Part shown: positions 10,968-25,000 of the stretch, piece after piece
Numbering within the stretch: position 1 is the first letter of the stretch
How the letters are laid out: the number at the start of each line of letters is the position of its first letter
Assembly (NCBI GenBank): GCA_051362555.1
Contig: CM120645.1
Coordinates: 2,542,001 to 2,606,000 of the forward strand
Length of the DNA stretch: 64,000 nt
DNA from: Lingula anatina
Taxonomy: Eukaryota > Animalia > Brachiopoda
Direction of reading: 5' to 3'
Notes under the pieces: generated by a model
Seen by the model: only the letters and a program-made list of their open reading frames with translations
Database searches by the model: none
What the model was told of the DNA's origin: nothing
Made by a program: the position numbers and the translations under genes

Positions 10968-13900
10968 CTGCAAATATATGAACATTAAAAAATTCACAAC
11001 AAAATTTAAAAAAAAATTCATTGAGATTATTATGATCCAGGTAAAAAGTGAATAAATGTTTGAAACAGGATCAAAATTTAACGTGTCTAAGTAAACCTTG
11101 AGCACATTTTTCATTCAACATGCATGGCTGAATACTTAATACAAGTCTTAATGACATGGCCTTGAAAGATTAAGTATATAAAGTGCTGTGAATTATTTAA
11201 TTGAAACACCATCAGGAGCATCGGACATTCATAATTATCATAATGAACATTTGTATGTGTTTCTATGATCATAATAAATTACACTCTGTGTTAACCATGA
11301 GCTTAAGCCCTGCTTTCTTAATAAGATGACACTCAGATTATGTCTCATTAAAGTTATTTTGAGGATAATATTTAATATTAATGTGGCGATTAGACAAGTG
11401 ATATAAGTAATATACAATTTATCTTAAATACCATCACAAGTAACCAGCAGAATTACCACTCTTAAATGCAATTAGCTTGTGTAATGACTGTCCCCTTTAA
11501 AAGGGCCTATTTCTTCCCTTGCAACTGTTTAAGACTTATCATCATACCTCACATTACATTCTCACTCTCTTACGCTCATTAAAAGAACAGTAAAACTTTT
11601 CAAACGGTGACATTTTGACACCAACGTCCATAAAGATAAGCTGATACTGCATAAAACAATGCAAAAGGTATTTAATCTCAGGTTTCATCACAGAGATTTC
11701 AGTGCAGTCCACATTCCTCGACTTTTTTTAATACACGTAAAAAATGATTCTCAGTTATTTCCTTTTTAACGGGATCAGGTGTCTTGACCTGGAACACTCT
11801 TTATTAAAGAGTGAAAGTGTATAAATGAAAAGCAGAGATACTATCACTTTGTGTCTGAAATTAGTCTGGCAAAGCATCGCATGTAGCCGTCACATGTATT
11901 TCCGCAGGTCAGCCATTTCCGCTGCAAATCAAAAAATCTCACTTGCTAAGTGGGCTCTATGTACCTAAGTGTGAACTCGGGGCATTACAGCGCATTTTTT
12001 AGAGATGAAAGATAAATTCCAGCTTTCATCTTTCATCATTTCATGTTGAGTAAGATATGCTGGGAGGAATGAAGAATGATGTAATGTTGACTTAGTTGAT
12101 AAGATATTCTTTGTACTATTTCACTTCGATAAAGTAGAAGAAAAAGAAAATTTCACTCATCTTATCATTTTTAAGAGATATCAACAACTACCATCAGATG
12201 AGATTTTTTCCAAGTCTCAATCACACTTTTTTTGTCAAAAAAAAGGCAATTTAAGCAATTCAAATCACTTTTCAGAGAAGTATGGAATTACCATCAAAAT
12301 AAATCTTTCACACTCTGCTTATTTCTACTCCATAATGACATGTCACCCAAAAAATATTTAAATCACCATTATTTTGAGCTCTGTAACTAAAAACACAACA
12401 AAAGTCAACAATTCAACCGTCACTTGAGACCGATTAAAGAATATTTGTGGCTCGATGACATACATTATTCACGACAAAGTAAGGTGGGCGTCTCACCGCC
12501 TCTCTGACAAGTACATAGACAAATTTAGACATAACGGGGAAAAATAACATCAGAACTATGGAAGTGAGAACAACCCAAACAATAGGAACAAGGAAAGCAG
12601 AACATTCCATTTGTTCATTGACTGGTGGGATGTTAAAAAGTCGTAGCAAAGGGCGGCGGTCTTTTTTTTTTTTTTTTTCAGCACAGGTGATGTCATTTTG
12701 TGGTGAAATTAATTCTGAAGTGGGAGAAGACACTTAAAGGGGCGTTGTGTGAGAAACTAACAATGCCTTGTTAGCGATACTCTAGTACAATGCCTACAAT
12801 ACAGATAAGGGTATTTGGTATCCAACCTCCACAAAATGACGGCATTACTGCACGTTTGAAGTGCCCCACTTTGTGCGAAGGTTATTGTAACTGTAGAAGA
12901 TAAAGACATGCTCTATGAGCAGCTCGTGATGATGATTACCTGCTTTAAGGCGTTGGTGGTGTACAGTATATCCCCACTCATAAATGTCATGTTTGAATAT
13001 TAAATCATGTTTTCTCTTGATTCTGGCACATGCCTTTCAACGAAGCACTGGAGTATGTGAGCTAGTTTCCACCTCCTTCAAAAGAGCACATATGATTTTC
13101 AAAAAATAAAAACCATCATGAGATTCAATGTCAGTTTTGAATTAATCTGTATTTAATATTGCCAGCTTTTATAATACTGTATACAGGAATATCACCTTCC
13201 TTCACACCTTTTCATGCCACTTGTTTATCAAATTAATTTCCTTGAAGTCATCAAAATTCATCAACTGACTCTGTTATCTTTTCTTATGCCAATGTCAAGT
13301 TTTTGCTAACTAAATTATACTCTAACATGGAAAATATCCATTTTTTTCCAGAAATACAAAAAAAGGTGTCCATTAACCATTCTATTGACTGTTAGCAGGA
13401 ATCCAGTGCTTTATTTTCAGGTGTTGTTTACAAGGAAGAATGTTCTTTACAGAAAACATATAGTCACCATGGTTCCAATTGCCAAAATCTAAACCCAACA
13501 TATGTCGACTGTGTGGGCACAAATTTCAGTACACTCCTTTCCATCCTCCCGCTAAACTTTCCTCCCTGTATTTTTTTTCACAGACACGAATCCAAATAAA
13601 TAAAAACCTGCGCTGAATTAGGCCGGGAATTTAAAGAATTTGAAAACCAAGTTCAAAATAAAGGCCATCTGTGGAGATGCTCCTGAAGTGAATGGCAACT
13701 CCCTCTGGAGAGTGCTTATGATGTAAAATTCACAAATGGTACAGTTCACAGCAGGTCAAAATATAGTGTTACTGAATTACACCCTCCCCCGTCTATCACC
13801 ATATGAGGGTCTCTTGTGAGTTTTGTGAGTTGGTACACACCATAGAATGCATAACAACAGCCTCTATTCAGAACACTTGGCAAACATTCCTTTTTTTTTT

Positions 13901-16900
13901 TTTTTTGCCGCCAATACAAATATTGAATATGAGGGCTGAACTCTGCCATTTTGGAATCTAATGTAATTCATCATCAAATATACATCAGTCGTTGGATCTA
14001 CGACACTGAGCACAATGTTGCCAGGTAGAGGGAAATTGGATTGGTAATATTACCACTGGGTAAATGTCAGTTTTCATATTTGAAGGAAAACAGATCCGCA
14101 TTGATCTCCATTTATTTGTCCAGTTGTCCCGACAGTAACGCTGTTGCTTGACAACATCCATGCTGTCACCAGTGAAGAATGTCAACCCTATTGAAAATAT
14201 TAATTAAAAAGAAAAAAATCCAAACAAAGACACCCAGTCCAGCAAGACCGGTATACTTGAGCAAATATGCTTCGTCCGACTGTTGTTTACCTAAGTTATA
14301 GCAGAAATCAATAGAAAAAAGGCCGTCTCTTCATAGGTATGAATACACGGAGAATTCGACTGCATGGTTCAATTTTACGCTTCATTTTAGCCCTTTGTGT
14401 TTCATTGGGGGTAAAAAGGTGAGATTCCATTCTACTGCATTCATGCCATTAATAATTTCAATAATAATATTGGGACTTGGTATTCATATTTCCCATAGAC
14501 GGCAAGTTTATTATTTTCTTAGAGTTAAAATATCACCCGCGCACGTTCTATACATCTACAGGAGCTGAGACCACGTTGTGGGGGTACCAAAAATATTTTA
14601 AAAGTAGTTCTATAATTGACTCTAAAATTATCCAATTCAATGAAGGTTTATAAATATAACTATATGATTTCAGCCCCAATGTAAAGTCACTCTCCTCTTA
14701 GAATAATTACATCCGAAGTATAACAATATTATACTTAATCTTCAGAAATTAAAGCCAAACAAGGTAGGTAGCAAAAACAACCCCCTCCTCGTGCCATGTT
14801 CGTGTAATAATCCTAGCATCAACATTTCCATTTATTACACTTCTGACACACTTAGAATTCTCTGTGTTATCAATGAAATCAGAGGGGGGCTTTCCATTCA
14901 CTCCACTCTGCCACTCAGGTGTGATAAGCCCACGGACATATTTTTCCTACTTCAACTTGACGTCTTTCATTTCAGTTTTCTTTATCTACCAGCTGCAATG
15001 TCTACCACAGAAAAGTTGATTTGGATATGTCAAATATATGTGACAGATGTTGGCAGACATTTTTTTCTATTTAAGGGGGACAATTTATCTTTCTTTTCCA
15101 CTGTGACAATCTTATGGCAAACATTTCGTGGAAATGTCCAGGGCAGTAACGCGATAACATAACTTGTTTTTCCACTTTTTTGGAGAATGAATTACTTTAA
15201 AACCCACTCGTAACATGCTATAACCACTTAAATGTTTCTGTTTTGCATGTCTGAAGTATACGCTGTTCACTGCTTGCATTGTCTGGCAATAATCAGAGGT
15301 TAAGATTGGCATGCAGGCCCTTCTTTACAATAGCCTCTCTTGTACTCCATTTTCTAACTCCCCCCCCCCCCCCATACACACTTTTAATGCTGGACAGTTA
15401 AAATGTTTAACCTTATCGCCAGGTCCTTTAAAGATGTTCAACAACAATCAAACCAATCTGTTTTTTGTTAACCATTGTGGCCACTGCAAGTTCAAAACCT
15501 CAAAACGGCTATTTAATTACAGGAAAAGGGTCTAAAATTAGAGTGCTGACCTAAACCTTAAGACAGGGATTTCCTATGAGGTTTCACCTCTTAACCAATG
15601 ATAATGAGATTCAAATAGGGTTTTGGTGTCTTCTTCCTTGTTTTATGGCTAAATGGTGGCCCCTTATCTCCCTAAGTGAGGATTTGCCGTGTTGTGTCAT
15701 TTTCACAGACGGAGGAACCCATGAAGTTAAAAAATCATGGTTGAGTGAGCAGTGACAGGTATATCTGCCTAGGCTTGCATAAAAAGATAAAGGATAAAAT
15801 TTTCAATTTTTAAAATTTTTTTTTGTAGTCATCCAATTTTTGACCAGTTTTGTTTCTTGCTCCTGACCCAAGTGTAACATATTTACTACCTTTATCTCAT
15901 AAAAAATTCTGAGGTCAGAAAATTTTCAGACCTTTTTTTATTAGACACATACTCTACTGGTATATGACCTAAAATATTACACATGCATTTCATCTTTGCC
16001 TTGTATCAGCCTTGTGACAGACATTTTTACAGCCATACAGTCGAGAAAAATCAATACATGCCAAGTACTGTGCTGTTTGCAAGCTGACGTAATGTTTATA
16101 TTATCCCATAACATTTCACGCTTTGACAATGTTGCATAAGGAGCTGTCCGTTGGTAAATGTGCTTAACTCTCTCAACCAGTAAATACTCCGGTCAAGAGA
16201 CTGACCAATGGGGTGCTTGGCCTAAACTGGCCATTATGTAAAATGTCCCCTACGTTGGTCCACCTATTTTAACCTGGTTTTATTATGTCAAGATCAACAA
16301 TTAGCTAAACAAAGGGCTTAAACCAGTACAAGGCTACCCCCTCGAAGTTTCGCCAACCTCGACGGCTTTTCAACGGTGAAATACCGAAGCTTCCAGGGCC
16401 CTATGAGAATAAAAGCTGCCACGTACGCAAACCCATTCGCGCTCAATCATCCAGATGGTGTGTTTGCACACTCATCAGATCTCCACAATGGCCGGCTTTC
16501 ACTTTCAGGCGTTACGGCAGTCTGATAACACTGGCACCATAATGTACAGGTGTTTGTGCAAAGACCAGTGCAGACAGGGGAGACAGGGGGACCTGGGGAA
16601 TACCTGGGGTACATGGACACTTGTTATACTGGATGGTATAACCATCCCCAGGGTCTCCAGTGACTTCATAATGGAGATGGTTATGGACAGAGAACCTTTT
16701 AGAAAGTAGCAACTTGCTTCAAGATATTCCACTTGTCATTTTTGATTTTTTAAAATTTTTATGCTTATTATTTCCTTTAAATCAAGTTTGTCCCAAGTGA
16801 TATACTAATTATCTTGATGTCATGGGCTTCATTCATCATTTCCCAATTTCAATACAATACCCCCCCTCCTCTGTCTCAGAAAAAAATATATATATGTCTA

Positions 16901-18287
16901 TGTGGTAAAAAATGTGACTGTTATAAGTTAAAGATTTCAAAACAACAATTAAACCACATATTATATTATATTATCCCTGCCATGGAGATAAACTCGTTCA
17001 TTTTTTTACATCTCAAATAAGGACAAAAAACTCAAGTATAGTAAACCACAGTGGGATATAGTTATGCTAATGGTCCTATAACCAGTTCTCAGCACAGCTG
17101 GGGATATTAAGTGCCATTAGGACTCTAGCTAAGCTGCATGTGCTAATATCACCTCACTAAGTGGCAACATTTTCTTGTCAGACCGGCTGTCGGGTTGGCT
17201 GCCACCAGCCTTGCCTTAGCCATGTGTATGTCTGTTACAGATTTAGATATATAAGTTAACACATCTAATAATGACAGTGTCTTTGTAATGTTGAAATAGT
17301 ATGTACACAAACTCATCCATTTAAGATCTTCCACAACCCTTGTGTACTTGGGTGAAAACTCAGTCTCGGGGTTGAAGACAGCACTTAAGAGAACAATGAA
17401 GATTTGTCTAGCTTACTGAGATATTCTGCTATCTGGCATAACTATCTTGCACTTTCCATGATATATAGCTGGGTTATGGGGCCCTTATCATAAATACATC
17501 TACAGGATCAGCATTGCACCAGGATATAAAGAGGGAGATTATTTATGATGGGTGTCAAGGAAAACAAAGGAAACAGATTTAGGAAAAAAAATTTCCAACT
17601 TTCGCATACAGCAAAGTATTGTATTTTTTTTCTTTGAAATAATTATATTTTCATAATTTTGTGATTTATTGCCATATTCTAATTAACATAATGTATGCTT
17701 TGATTTTTTATTTCATTGGTGGTCCATAAACTGCATTTGTTCAATATGGTTAAACATTTGCCTATGGGCTATTACTTTATTACATATGATTTATGTGTCA
17801 AACTTATTGCCAACGGTGAATTTATATACAAGAAAATTGCATATAATTGTAATATCAAATCTTAACTTTGAAAAATGCAATCACCCCAAAATATTTTGAA
17901 ATTACCTCATCTTGATAAAAAACTAAAAATTAAAATTATCACGATTTTCATTGCAGTTATAACACATTCATTTCCTCATAAATCTCTCTGTGTGTGTGTG
18001 TGAGAGCGGAGTGTGTGTGTGTGTGTTCTTGTAAGCGTGTGTGTGTCCGTCTTGTACATCAAGGACAGCTGTCTTACCTGTTGTCCCGTCGCTCTATCAA
18101 TGGCAAGTTTCACTTTCCCATACGTCCCCTGTCCAAGGGTTTTGACCAGCTCAAACCGCTGTCTAAGGTTGTGTTTGTGGACATGCCTCACAATTTGCTG
18201 TGGTGTTGACATGCTAACTGGTAGAAGGCCTCCTTCTCTTCCTCCTGTCATATCAATATTAGTCCCGATATGTTCTTCAAATTTCAT
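10847..18287 (-). CDS. NUAK: NUAK family SNF1/AMPK-related kinase, 5' part (exons 1-2; the rest probably lies left of the window)
   Basis: Exon 1 (18078-18287) and exon 2 (10847-10967) splice in frame: ...[78 protein letters not shown]. The HKHNL..R pre-kinase motif and REI.IMSSL.HPHII are characteristic of NUAK. Confidence 0.9.
18078..18287 (-). CDS. NUAK: NUAK coding exon 1 (70 codons, Gly-rich loop)
   Basis: ATG at 18287, GQGTYGKV loop, donor CAG|GTAAGA. Confidence 0.88.
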
Positions 18288-18942
18288 CTCATTAACAAAA
18301 TCTTCAGTAACTCCGTGTAAAATTATCGGGCCTTAATACCCCCGATGCAGTCCCAACACTCCGAGTGTTTTTCCCTGTGTAATAAATCATAAATTAAAGT
18401 TATCCGCAGAGTGAGCGAAATCTGTATGCTACCGGCTCACACACATAATACCAACTGGCTACACTCACTTCCTCACTGCCTGTTTTGCATGTCAGATATC
18501 GGTGAAGTCTCGTGGCTATCGACGTGTTAGCATAACGATCAGCCGGCAGGAGGCGGAGCGACCTACTAAGTAAACACCGCCACCTTTCATTGTGTTGTGG
18601 ATTTCAACCTCGTCAAAGTTGACCTGTCAGGTGCCGTGACCTCTGACCTGCCCCCCGCAGATATTCATACGCCATATTACATAAAATTGCCACTTTCATT
18701 GTAAGGAAACAAATGATTACGTCATAGCTTAAATTAAAAGATAAAGAATAATTAGCAATAAATCATTGTAAGTTTCAGCATTTAAAACAAAGAAAACGGC
18801 TTTACCTTTTTAAAGCACGCGCTACTTTGCTTTATACTTTGCCGGAACTTAGATCATCTGTAGCGCATGCGTGATGTTGCTTATGGAGTAGGAAGTAGAG
18901 ATAGAGTGAACATTTGAAGATTTTTACAATAATATCGCCGCT
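18288..18942. promoter_or_regulatory. Candidate bidirectional promoter and 5' UTRs shared by NUAK and WASP
   Basis: 655 bp between divergent ATGs, locally richer in CpG. Motif matches: NRF1-like GCGCATGCG (18863-18871), ETS-like CCGGAACT (18842-18849), CRE-like TTACGTCA (18717-18724), PAR-bZIP-like TTACATAA (18677-18684), GC box GGAGGCGGAG (~18549). Confidence 0.65.
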
Positions 18943-19047
18943 ATGTCTAACCAGCCTAAAAAACCAAGACCTCAGAATAGCCCGTCTCTCATTCTGGCAC
19001 CCAACGAGAACGAAATCCTGTTTAACTTAATTGGAAATCGCTGTGTG
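18943..19047 (+). CDS. WASP: WASP exon 1
   Basis: MSNQPKKPRPQNSPSLILAPNENEILFNLIGNRCV, donor GTAGGT. Confidence 0.88.
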
Positions 19048-22000
19048 GTAGGTTTTAACGCAGTTGTGTTGATGATGCCCTGCCCTTAATTAAAAAGTTG
19101 ACATCATCCTCTAAATATTTTTAAATGTATAAATTTTATAAATTTATAAATTAAATTGCTATCAAGGTGCCTCAGGTTTGGTATGAGTTCGTGACAATGG
19201 TCCTTTTAGAATTGGTGACAAGGACCTTTATCATTGCATTATTTTGTAATACTTTCTTCACTCCATAATTTATTTACAGGCAAGCACGCTCGGCTGTCAC
19301 CTTGATTGGATAGAAAACGGTTGTCGTAAAATCGCTAAAAGATATTAAAACCCGGTGCATAAACTTGAAAACCACCTAGGACAACCTCAGACTGCCACAT
19401 TAATCCAATACAATGCAAAAATAAACTATAACAAGTGGTTAAAGCCTTCAAACCGAATGTCGTAAAGTCCACATATACCTCCATAGAGACAATAAAATAG
19501 AATAAGCTTCTGAAACAAGAAAAATCCAGTTCCAACATAATAATCGAAATAAAATACTGCCGGGCATCGGAGCGGCCTAAAACTTGGCATGCTTACCGCA
19601 AATACTGCAGGCTACATCATCCCGTCGCTCGTTTGTAAATTCCGTGCATGGCATACGCACAATCAAACCGTATATCCAAATTGCACCTCTGATGTTTGAA
19701 TTGGTCCTCTCTACAATCCAATTCAGGAAATGACGTAACCGCAGAGGTCGCATTGTCCAATGGCATGGCTTCTTTTTCGTAATGGTAGGTTAGAGAGGAC
19801 CAATTCAAACATCAGAGGTGCAATTTGGATATACGGTTTGATTGTGCGTATGCCATGCACGGAATTTACAAACGAGCGACGGGATGATGTAGCCTGCAGT
19901 ATTTGCGGTAAGCATGCCAAGTTTTAGGCCGCTCCGATGCCCGGCAGTATTTTATTTCGATTATTATGTTGGAACTGGATTTTTCTTGTTTCAGAAGCTT
20001 ATTCTATTTTATTGTCTCTATGGAGGTATATGGGGACTTTACGACATTCGGTTTGAAGGCTTTAACCACTTGTTATAGTTTATTTTTGCATTGTATTGGA
20101 TTAATGTGGCAGTCTGAGGTTGTCCTAGGTGGTTTTCAAGTTTATGCACCGGGTTTTAATATCTTTTAGCGATTTTACGACAACCGTTTACTATCCAATC
20201 AAGGTGACAGCCGAGCGTGCAGGCAAGAATATCATTTTTGATGTATGAGAATCAAATGCCAAGCAAACTGTACATGAGGGGGCCTGTATTATTTTTTTCC
20301 TAAAATTAATTTCTATAACCTAGTTTGCAAAGCTGAACAACAATTTCCTCTTAATGGTTTCTACGTTATGGAATAAAATAACCCACTGAAAGGCAAATAG
20401 CTATCCAACAAGATGAAACGAGAATGTGAAAGAAGCTATAGTTGAATGATGTATGTATGCAATCTGATAACAAGTAAGAAAGCTATTAATTACTACCTTA
20501 TTTTGGATAGGTAAAAACCCATAGAGGTAAACCCAAGCAATTATTGCTGCTAAGGGCTACCTTGTTAAAGAGATGCAAGGGCTGTAAATTATAGGTATCT
20601 GTACATCAGAAGATTTGAGACGTCAGCTCTAAATCTTAAAACTGTGTTTAGCTGTTCCCTTTTTATTGTTCTGAATCTAGTTGGTGTGGACAAGCTGCTG
20701 ATCAAAGGTACAGAGGTAGATTGTTATCTAGAACCACCACAGCTCAGGATGTTTATGAGTTTGTGTTGTTTTGAATGCAGTGGTTGTTATAAACAGCAGT
20801 TTCCTCATCATAATGAAGACAAAAATAAGTCAGGAAATGGTAAACAATGAGGCTACACAGCTTTCTTACCTGAGGCCAAGTTGATGCCACTAAAGTATTT
20901 TGCAAGGCAGTGGGCTTCACAGAGTTTGGAAGATAGTCGATCTATATCTTTTGAAATGCACATGTGCTGTTTGTTTCTTGAAAGAGCTGTTTACCTGGTA
21001 GAATGTCATCCTATTTTGCCAGTATTCATAACCAAAAACAAGGTTATTTATAGAATGAGAATTGTTTCCTTGCAGATAAAGTAGTTTCTATTAGCTGGCA
21101 TCTTATTGACAAGTAAAATCCAGTTGATATTGGCTAGTTTCTATGGCTTCATGCCTATTGTCAAGACATAAAGGAAGGCTTTTAAAATCTATGCTTCAGA
21201 ATACTAAAGAGTGCAGACATCAGTCAAGGAAAAATACAAAAATTATTTTAAAAATATTTGGAAACCAAGAATTAATTAATAATTCCGCTAGTAATCACTT
21301 CTTTTTCTCCTGAAATGCTGTCTTTCTTAAAAATTTCTTCATAATTTTATAAACGTCTTGTCTGCTAACAGATATCAAACCAATGCAATTGGAGACATCC
21401 TCCCCCCCACCCCCGGAAGTACCCTAGAAGACTCAGAAGTTTGAATGATGGGAAAAGGTGGCTATGTGTACTGTAAGCTTTTCATTCCAACTCCAGTTCA
21501 CGTGAAAGACTCATTCTCATTTGATCTCTTCTGGTTTCAGAGTAAAACTCATGTACTGTATCAGGTCAAATTTCATGGCAGGTGCTCTTACTGATAACTG
21601 GCTAATTAATGGTATTAATTAAGGCAGGACTGCCCCTGTTCCCCTAGGGTTAATTATCACATACCCTAACCATCACTGTCTGTCAGTTATTTGATGTACT
21701 AGAAAAGAGTTTTTCTGTTTTTCTTCCAAAAGATATGAAGTTCAATTACTTCAGTTACTATTGTTTATAGTGAAAAAGACAGTGTGCAGATTACTAATTA
21801 TAAGATTAATGTGGATCAATTAAGATTATCATGTATATATAAGAATTGTATATGTTCATAATATAATTATCTGATCTGTATAAATTTGTGTCAATGTATT
21901 TGAGGTTGTTTCCAGAGCAGAAATGATGTTTTTACATCTTCAAATTGGTATTAAGGTTTAACCCTGGCTTTAGTTGGTACATATTTACACATTATCACCA

Positions 22001-25000
22001 CAGGTTCTGAATCCCCTTCAGCTTACTCTGTAGAAACCTCTATAAATTGATTATAATAGTGGTACTTTAGGAAGTGAACAGTTCAAAGAATTTATCCTCA
22101 TTAGTACATTGCTGAAATTGAGTCGTTACTTATAACACAAAAGAAAAGTTCAGCTCTATCTTGTCAAATGTTTTTGCAATTTGTATAAAATATTGCTCAT
22201 TGTTCATTACAAAAGTCCTTTATAATTATGAATTAATTTGTCATTTGTAACTGCTGTGCTCTTATTGGGTTTGACTGATGACACCGAGTTAATTATTGTT
22301 GGCACGAAACAGAAACAGCAGTTTATAAACAGATGGATTCATCGTTAGCTGCTAACTTAATTAATGGGCTTCAGTTAATTGGTTCATTAAAATGCCAGAG
22401 TGTGCCAGATGAAAATTGAAACTGAAAGCAGTTCCCAGAAGAGTTATGGTTACTGAAATTAAGTTCCAAACTCATTGATGGAATTATTGTTTCTCGCAGA
22501 AACCATACACAAAGGATTAAGACATCTCATTCATTTGAAAATTCTTAATATTAATGTATTTAGAAGTGAAGCATATCTCATTTCCACTGTGGAAGAAAAT
22601 TGGCTAGAGGTTAAGGGAATAAATGAGATTGAGTTCATTACTAGTTCTACTGTACATATATATAAAGTTGGTGCAATGGGTTGAGTATTCAAGAAGGAAA
22701 CTATGAAAAACAAGATTTTTAACCTAAGGATTTTCATATGCACTTTACAATTGAATTGCATTACCATTCTGGCATATATTTAATTTTCTACCATCTATTT
22801 GTTACTGATAAATTACGGATTTGGAAATGAATTCAAAATAGAGAATATGACATGTTAATGTAATTGAGACACATTTTGTGCTTTAATAAACTTATAAATC
22901 ATAATGTAAACAGACGGGCTTGATGGAGAAGAAAAGTGACTTTGGTGATGGTAGGTAACCAGAAGGTATCACAAATGTTTCTGCCATTCTTTGTGTATCA
23001 TATTGGTCCTTATCTTGCCTAGTTGTAAGCTTTGACTAGAAGTGGGTGGGGTCCACCCAGGACTGAGTGCTCTTTGTAGTGGATGAAGATATTAGATAGA
23101 CTTCTTTGAAAACCACGAGTCTCTTGTATTCATAACTTCAATGTAAGTGATAAGGACGGAATGTCAACATCATAAGGATCATTAGATAATTTTGAAACCA
23201 CTGATAACTTAAGATGGCCGGAAATGTACTGTAGCCTGGTTAGATTGTTTGAAGAGTGACTTTATGATTGTGAATCATAGTTAGTTGATATTGGTAGTCC
23301 TACATTGGGAGGGAGGAGGAGGAGGAGGAAGGGGAGTGGGGGGGAAGAGGGATGCTGGCCTGTCTATGTACCTACCCCTCTCTCCTAAACTACATAAAGG
23401 AGACATATTGACAAATTGATTACTAGTATGCACTACTGGTAGTAAAAAGAAAAAGAACAGGCAAAATTACTAGTAAAATTGATTTTACGAGAGAATTCTG
23501 GGGAATGAACTTCTCAAAAAAAAAAAAAAAAAAAGAACCAGAATAAGCATTATGATAGGAAGAATATTCTGAATCATCAATAGTAACTGTTGGTTGATAG
23601 CTTATACAAGAGAATAAACACCGATTCAATTTGCAGCTTACTGCATTCCTAAATCACTGATTTGACGGGATGCAAAAGGATTGTCACTATTTCAATTCAA
23701 AAATTGTTATTGAAGTATTTTTCCTGCAAGGAGTGGCATTACATGGGTATATCCAGGGGCCGTCGATTAAGGTCTGATCAGATAGAAGAATTTTCGCCAC
23801 ATTTAAGCGTCCTCTTTAAGGTGCACGCAGCGATAAATTGCATGAATAGGTTTTTTCTTCATTTTATATAACTGCTGACGTAGATATCTCATGATGTGGA
23901 TAATAAGCAGTTATTTTGTGGATCCGCATTGAGAGGGATTGTGTGAAACCTGTTTGGCCCTCTATTGACAAAATTCTATTTTTCTGGGTCACTACTTCTG
24001 TGGTGCTTGAACTTTTAGACAGGGATTTTAACAAGCTTGGTAATTAGGGAGCATCTTTGGTAAAGGGGAGGTTAAACCAGGGCTTTGACATTGAACAACT
24101 TTTGAAGAGGGACTGTGCACTTTCACTTTCAGCATGGGATGCTAAGCCAGCTTTGCAACTTGAGGGTTGCTTTTTCTCTTCACTTACTTTAGATTAAAAA
24201 AGAAAAAAATGCAAAAAAAAAAAAGAAAGAAAAAATGCTGATTTTTGAGAAATAAGAATGTTTTTCAATGCCCTAAACATATATTCATCAATGTACCCGT
24301 ATATGTTTCAAATATACTGCTCATCCTTGTTGTTTAAAAAGAAATAATCATTTTTTGAACTTGATCAAACAAATAGCTCTTAACTTAAATTTTTAATGTG
24401 TATGCCATACATAATAGCTCCTGATCTTAATGCACATGTATACAGGTACTAGTATATTTCCATATTTCTTGTCCATATTACAGACTGTTGCGACCGCTGT
24501 GGTACAGGTGTTTCTGGCCAGCAATCCCCCCGCCCTCAACAGATGGAGCAAACGCTGCACTGGGGTAGCCATGTTCATCAAGGACAACGAGAAACGCTCC
24601 TATTTCATCAGGGTGTATGGACTGGTAGGTAGTGTGAAATATGGGGATGTGTGAGCGTGTGCATGTGCACTTGCATAATTTCTGCTCCATATGAGTAAAT
24701 TAACTGTAGAATATACTGTGTATGATTAAGAAATGTGCATTGTTGTTCATATGCCTGTCTTTTTTTGTGTTTGTGAATTGATAAATGTTTTCCCACCATT
24801 GATATTCATGATGTGAGATATTTATGAATACTGTCTACATTTATGTCTTTCTGTCATCATGAACACAAATGGAGGGAAAATTTTCAGCATTTTATGGGTC
24901 TTTTTCAGGGTTGACACGAGATTTTGTCTAATACATTTTTATTACTTTAAATGTGTAATTTACATTCCGGAATAATTATGAATTTCTTTGTTTATTATTT

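Noticed and set aside
16330-16710. Locally GC-rich patch with ORFs in several frames in NUAK intron 1
   Set aside because: No homology recognised and no splice phase compatible with NUAK; it may be a repeat fragment but cannot be supported.
19335-20169. Two nearly identical 67-aa ORFs on opposite strands (MLELDFSCF...)
   Set aside because: They are a by-product of the palindromic element, with no recognisable domain or splice context.
23306-23352. G-rich purine tract with G-quadruplex potential
   Set aside because: Similar simple G/C tracts are frequent throughout the window, and nothing marks this one as functional.
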